A program made the translations under genes and the position numbers. Positions 28,360 to 32,000 of a DNA stretch of 32,000 nt are shown piece after piece (within the stretch, counting starts at the first letter, position 1; every line of letters begins with the position of its first letter). The stretch lies in contig NZ_CP142525.1 of assembly GCF_051097895.1 (NCBI RefSeq), positions 270,001 through 302,000 of the forward strand, written 5' to 3'. The stretch comes from Psychrobacter sp. HD31 (GTDB taxonomy: Bacteria; Pseudomonadota; Gammaproteobacteria; Pseudomonadales; Moraxellaceae). The notes beneath the pieces were generated by a model that worked only from the letters and a program-made list of their open reading frames with translations, was not told the origin of the DNA and made no database searches.

Positions 28360-29706
28360 CTATCTTGCTTGTACTTTATGCCAATACAGGATGGGTAATA
28401 AAAGAACCAAGCCCACCAGCATACTTAAACTAAATAAGCCAGTATATCCTAATGCCTCAGCAATATAACCGCTGATGATATGCCCATTACCACTCAACAT
28501 GGCTAACATACATACCTGAAAAGTAAAATCACTGCCAGCTTGCTTGTTTCTTGCATAATGCATGACGGTGCTAAGCATTGCGACCAACGCCATGGCAGCG
28601 GCAAGGTGTTCAATAGTATTGGCAAAGTAAATTACCCAATTATCAAGTTGCTTGACTGGCTCATACTTGCTTTTTTCATAAAAATAGGCACAAACTGCAT
28701 AAAAGCCTGTTGTAATGGCTTGTAAAAAGTTAAAGCTAACCAAAGCTGTAGTACGGGGTATGTGCTTCATGATGATAGCGGCAAAAGCTGCACCAACTAA
28801 GGCAGCAGCAGAACCGAGCACGCTTCCCCAAAGTCCAATGTCTTTTAGGCTAATGCCCATATCCGTCATCATTGGTTTGACCATGCCACTGCTCAGCCCA
28901 TCTGTAATTTTAAAAGTTAACAAAACCAACAACCAGGCACGCATTTCTTTATTGTGCCAAAAGTAGCCAAATTGTTCTTTAAACCAGCCATACGCTGTGT
29001 TTGATGCCTTTTTTGATGTATTACTTACAGGGTGTGTTTGGTGAGTTGAAAGTTGGTTTGACTGCCAGTTAGCCTCTTTATGGATAAAAATAGGTAAGGT
29101 GTTAAGCAAAATAAAACCTGACAACACCATAAAACTGGCTTGCCAGCTTAAGTAGTCCATAACCATTAAAAACACGCCACCGCCAAGTATCAACCCTGTA
29201 CGATAGCCAATAACCTGTGCCGAACTGCCTGTGCTGTATGTCCCGTCTGATAAAATGCGAGTGGTAAAGGCATCTGTGGCAATGTCATGACTGGCTCCAC
29301 ATAAATTAAGAAAAAATAAAACAAAAAATAAGACTCTCAGCGTTTCAAAATCGGCAAGTTTTTCAGGGTTAAAAAAAGCAATAAAACAAAGCAATATTGC
29401 CGAAAAAAATTGCATCGGTAGTATCCAACTTCGGCTTTGCCCAATTTTTTGATGATAGACTCTGTCTACAATGGGTGCCCAAAGAAACTTTAATGCCCAA
29501 GGGGCAAGTAGCACGCCTGTCCAACCAATCATTTTTAGCGATACGTTATACTCACGCAATATGGCAGGTAAGGCTTGGGTAATAAAACCAAGGGGTAAGC
29601 CTTGTGCTAAATAAAGCGTGATGAGTAAGCCAAACGTTTTTTTGACATCCACACTTGTTGGTTGTGTGTGTGTTGTTTTGGCGGTGGTCAATGAAGATTC
29701 GGTCAT
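28360..29706 (-). CDS. ampG: AmpG-family MFS permease (muropeptide/anhydromuropeptide transporter type)
   Basis: Polytopic ORF. LYLAQGLPLGF and LKFLWAPIVDR match the AmpG N-terminal motifs (E. coli GFASGLPLAL / KFLWSPLMDRY). Start moved to ATG 29706 (MTESSL...). The 25 upstream track codons (to 29781) look non-coding. Confidence 0.75.
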   Translation of the reverse strand: MTESSLTTAKTTHTQPTSVDVKKTFGLLITLYLAQGLPLGFITQALPAILREYNVSLKMIGWTGVLLAPWALKFLWAPIVDRVYHQKIGQSRSWILPMQFFSAILLCFIAFFNPEKLADFETLRVLFFVLFFLNLCGASHDIATDAFTTRILSDGTYSTGSSAQVIGYRTGLILGGGVFLMVMDYLSWQASFMVLSGFILLNTLPIFIHKEANWQSNQLSTHQTHPVSNTSKKASNTAYGWFKEQFGYFWHNKEMRAWLLVLLTFKITDGLSSGMVKPMMTDMGISLKDIGLWGSVLGSAAALVGAAFAAIIMKHIPRTTALVSFNFLQAITTGFYAVCAYFYEKSKYEPVKQLDNWVIYFANTIEHLAAAMALVAMLSTVMHYARNKQAGSDFTFQVCMLAMLSGNGHIISGYIAEALGYTGLFSLSMLVGLVLLLPILYWHKVQAR

Positions 29707-30190
29707 GATTTTGGGTATTACGGCTTTGTCATAGTTGTTTTTATTTAAGTGATGTTTTTGCGATGATGCATAGACTATCATAAAAACAGCAGATTATATG
29801 CTTAATAAATAAGCAAATTTTTTTAGTATTTTATCTTATAATCTTAGATTAACGGTATATGGCATCAAATTGTATTTTTCAAAATTATTGATTTTACTGC
29901 TTTATTCTGCTGCTTTGATATGTTGATACTTATGTTGATGCTAGGGTCGTTACTAATTTAATCATCCAGTAATGATATTGTCATTTATCTGACATCTTTA
30001 CTGGCTTTAATAGACTTACTTAAATAAAGATAAGATTAAAGATGGTTTGATAGAGAGAGAAAAAGATGAACAATATAAAAATGGCACTAGAACTAGAAAC
30101 GGAAAACACAGAATGGGAACAAGAAGAATATGAAGATGCCATGGAAATGTAGGCTCAATAATTCTTTAAAATATAAAAAAGTAATCGGTT

Positions 30191-30219
30191 AAAACAAAAA
30201 GCCAAGCAACTGCTTGGCT
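30191..30219 (-). terminator. Rho-independent terminator downstream of the DAHP synthase gene
   Basis: Minus strand reads AGCCAAGCA-GT-TGCTTGGCT (effectively a 7-bp stem with a 6-nt loop) followed by TTTTTGTTTT. It starts 19 nt after the stop at 30238. Only a weak T-run (TTTCAT) follows on the + strand. Confidence 0.7.
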
Positions 30220-30237
30220 TTCATATTGAGTGGCTAT

Positions 30238-31335
30238 TTAACGGTTAGCCAAATCATCTTTAACCATATTACGCAAGTTACGTAGGGCGGCAACGGTGCT
30301 GTCCCAATCCAAGCAACCATCGGTAATAGACTTGCCGTATTCTAAATCTTCAAGGTCATCTGTTAAATTTTGGCGACCACCTTTTAAGTGGCTTTCAATC
30401 ATTAACCCCATAATAGACTTGTTACCATTTTGGATTTGCTCTGCCACGTTTTGGATAACCATTGGCTGCAAGTATGGATCTTTACCTGAATTTGCATGGC
30501 TGGCGTCAATCATGATTTTGCCGTTAACCGTGCCTTTGGCTAAATCATTTTCTGCCTGTGCTACCGAGGTTGCATCATAGTTAGGACCAGCTGAACCACC
30601 ACGCAATACAACGTGAGCGTATTGGTTGCCTTTTGATTTAATGATGCTTACTTTGCCATCAGATGATAGCCCTAAAAAGCTGTGACCAGACTGAACTGCC
30701 TTCATGGCATTAACCGCAACGGTCATTCCGCCGTCAGTACCATTTTTAAAACCAACTGGGCAAGATAGGCCAGAGCTCATTTCACGGTGTGTTTGGCTCT
30801 CGGTTGTACGTGCACCAATGGCAGACCAGCTAATTAAGTCTTGCATATATTGAGGTGTATTTGGATCGAGTGCCTCAGTTGCACAAGGCAGACCACGCTC
30901 GTTTAAATCTAATAATAACTTACGGGCAGTGTGCAAACCTTTTTCTATATCAAAGCTGTCATTCATATCTGGGTCATTGATTAAACCTTTCCAGCCTGTG
31001 GTTGTACGAGGTTTTTCAAAATACACACGCATCACAACAAAAATGGCATCATCAATTTCTTTAGCCAGTTCAACCAATTTATCGGCATATTCATTAGCCG
31101 CTTTAACATCATGTATTGAGCAAGGACCGACAACCACCAGTAAACGTTTGTCTTTGCCATCTAAAATATTTTGGATGGTTTCACGCCCATATTTAACAGT
31201 ATCATGTGCAATGGGCGTCAGTGGTAAATCTGTTTTTAGCTCTTTTGGTGTTAACAAAGGGATGAACTTTTCAATATTCAAATCATCAATATCAGGGTTA
31301 TGAGTGGGTAATTCTTCTAGCGGTTGGCTTGTCAT
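30238..31335 (-). CDS. 3-deoxy-7-phosphoheptulonate (DAHP) synthase, class I-alpha (AroG/AroF/AroH type)
   Basis: 365-aa ORF with motifs FEKPRTT, IGARTTESQ and IDASHANS. The feedback-specific isozyme cannot be told from sequence by eye. Confidence 0.93.
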   Translation of the reverse strand: MTSQPLEELPTHNPDIDDLNIEKFIPLLTPKELKTDLPLTPIAHDTVKYGRETIQNILDGKDKRLLVVVGPCSIHDVKAANEYADKLVELAKEIDDAIFVVMRVYFEKPRTTTGWKGLINDPDMNDSFDIEKGLHTARKLLLDLNERGLPCATEALDPNTPQYMQDLISWSAIGARTTESQTHREMSSGLSCPVGFKNGTDGGMTVAVNAMKAVQSGHSFLGLSSDGKVSIIKSKGNQYAHVVLRGGSAGPNYDATSVAQAENDLAKGTVNGKIMIDASHANSGKDPYLQPMVIQNVAEQIQNGNKSIMGLMIESHLKGGRQNLTDDLEDLEYGKSITDGCLDWDSTVAALRNLRNMVKDDLANR

Positions 31336-31553
31336 AATTATCTTCCAGTTTTTTATAAGTTAGATTAAAACACGTTACCACAATTATGCTTGCCATAGTT
31401 TAGATTTACAAGTGATTTAAGGTGAATTATTGTCGAATAACTTTAATAGCAACTAAAAAAAATAGTTATGTAAATTTGCTAACATAAAATTATGCCGTTA
31501 ACTTTATGTTAAAATTTAGCGTGATAACCAACTCTTATTATAAACCACTTGTA

Positions 31554-32000
31554 ATGATGGATGAACTGATGAGCATCGATAAGCGAATACTAAAAAAGCT
31601 TGAAGGAAGAAACAAACCACTAACGATTGGTATTGTGGCAGGAGAAGCTTCAGGTGATGCATTAGGCAGTGATTTTATGCAAAAGCTAAATGCCATACAT
31701 TCAGACATTAACTGGGTTGGCGTTGGTGGTACAACTATGCAAAGACAAGGGCTTAAAAGCTTGTTTCCTTTATCGCGTTTGGCCGTGATGGGACTGGTTG
31801 AAGTCATTAAACATTTGCCAGATTTATTTAAAGCACGAGATGAAATTTTGCAAGCCTTTGATAAGGCAAATATTGATATTTTTGTTGGTATCGATGCCCC
31901 AGATTTTAACTTACGGGTGGCAAAAAAACTTAAACCTAACGGTGTGTATTGTGTGCAATATGTTAGTCCATCGGTTTGGGCGTGGCGAGAGTCACGCATA
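31554..32000 (+). CDS. lpxB: Lipid-A-disaccharide synthase, 5' partial (runs off the window end)
   Basis: My own + strand translation gives MMDELMSIDKRILKKLEGRNKPLTIGIVAGEASGDALG...LAVMGLVEVIKHLP...FVGIDAPDFNLRVAKKLK...YVSPSVWAWRESRI. This is collinear with E. coli LpxB (LTIALVAGETSGD...YVSPSVWAWRQKRV). It is not in the supplied ORF track. The start is uncertain: in-frame ATGs at 31506, 31554, 31557 and 31569. Confidence 0.9.
   Translation, partial: MMDELMSIDKRILKKLEGRNKPLTIGIVAGEASGDALGSDFMQKLNAIHSDINWVGVGGTTMQRQGLKSLFPLSRLAVMGLVEVIKHLPDLFKARDEILQAFDKANIDIFVGIDAPDFNLRVAKKLKPNGVYCVQYVSPSVWAWRESRI

Noticed and set aside
31538-31999. 153-aa minus-strand ORF at the window end
   Set aside because: It is antisense to an unmistakable lpxB reading frame on the + strand, and its sequence has no recognisable family features.
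1-32000. Search for CRISPR arrays, IS elements/transposases, integrases, prophage genes, tRNA/rRNA, and defence or toxin-antitoxin modules
   Set aside because: No regularly spaced repeats were seen. No ORF has transposase, integrase or phage motifs. There are no GC-rich cloverleaf-capable intergenic segments. Every long ORF is accounted for by a housekeeping family. The scan was manual, so very short or degenerate elements could have been missed.

Overview
AT-rich (by eye roughly 40% G+C, not computed) chromosomal segment of a gammaproteobacterium. It looks most consistent with Moraxellaceae/Pseudomonadales: an AdeIJK/MexAB-OprM-like pump, pyrB coupled to a degenerate pyrC', and lpxB unlinked from lpxA. 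That taxonomic call is inference only. I support 19 intact protein-coding genes, almost all core housekeeping. In order they are: RND efflux operon (MFP-RND-OMF, minus strand), ispB, sbcD-sbcC, an orphan 170-aa DUF697-like gene, recJ, aqpZ, bioF-bioC, fbp, pyrB-pyrC', a BCCT transporter, mfd, ampG-like MFS permease, class I DAHP synthase, and the 5' part of lpxB. lpxB is on the + strand and missing from the ORF track. Four track ORFs appear over-extended at the 5' end (sbcD, recJ, pyrB, ampG), so I give corrected starts. Several convincing rho-independent terminators sit between convergent or tandem units. I saw no rRNA/tRNA, CRISPR array, transposase/integrase, phage genes, toxin-antitoxin pair or obvious defence genes, and all intergenic regions are AT-rich and short on GC-rich stems. 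Overall I do not find a convincing novel multi-gene system here; this reads as an ordinary core region. The modest leads are: (1) the orphan DUF697-like gene between sbcDC and recJ; (2) low-complexity tails on all three efflux components; (3) a 552-bp AT-rich control region with an inverted about 20-bp repeat; (4) a 531-bp gap holding an unannotated 28-codon, very acidic sORF; (5) a perfect 16-bp hairpin without a U-tract. All motif and repeat scanning was manual, so small repeats may have been missed.
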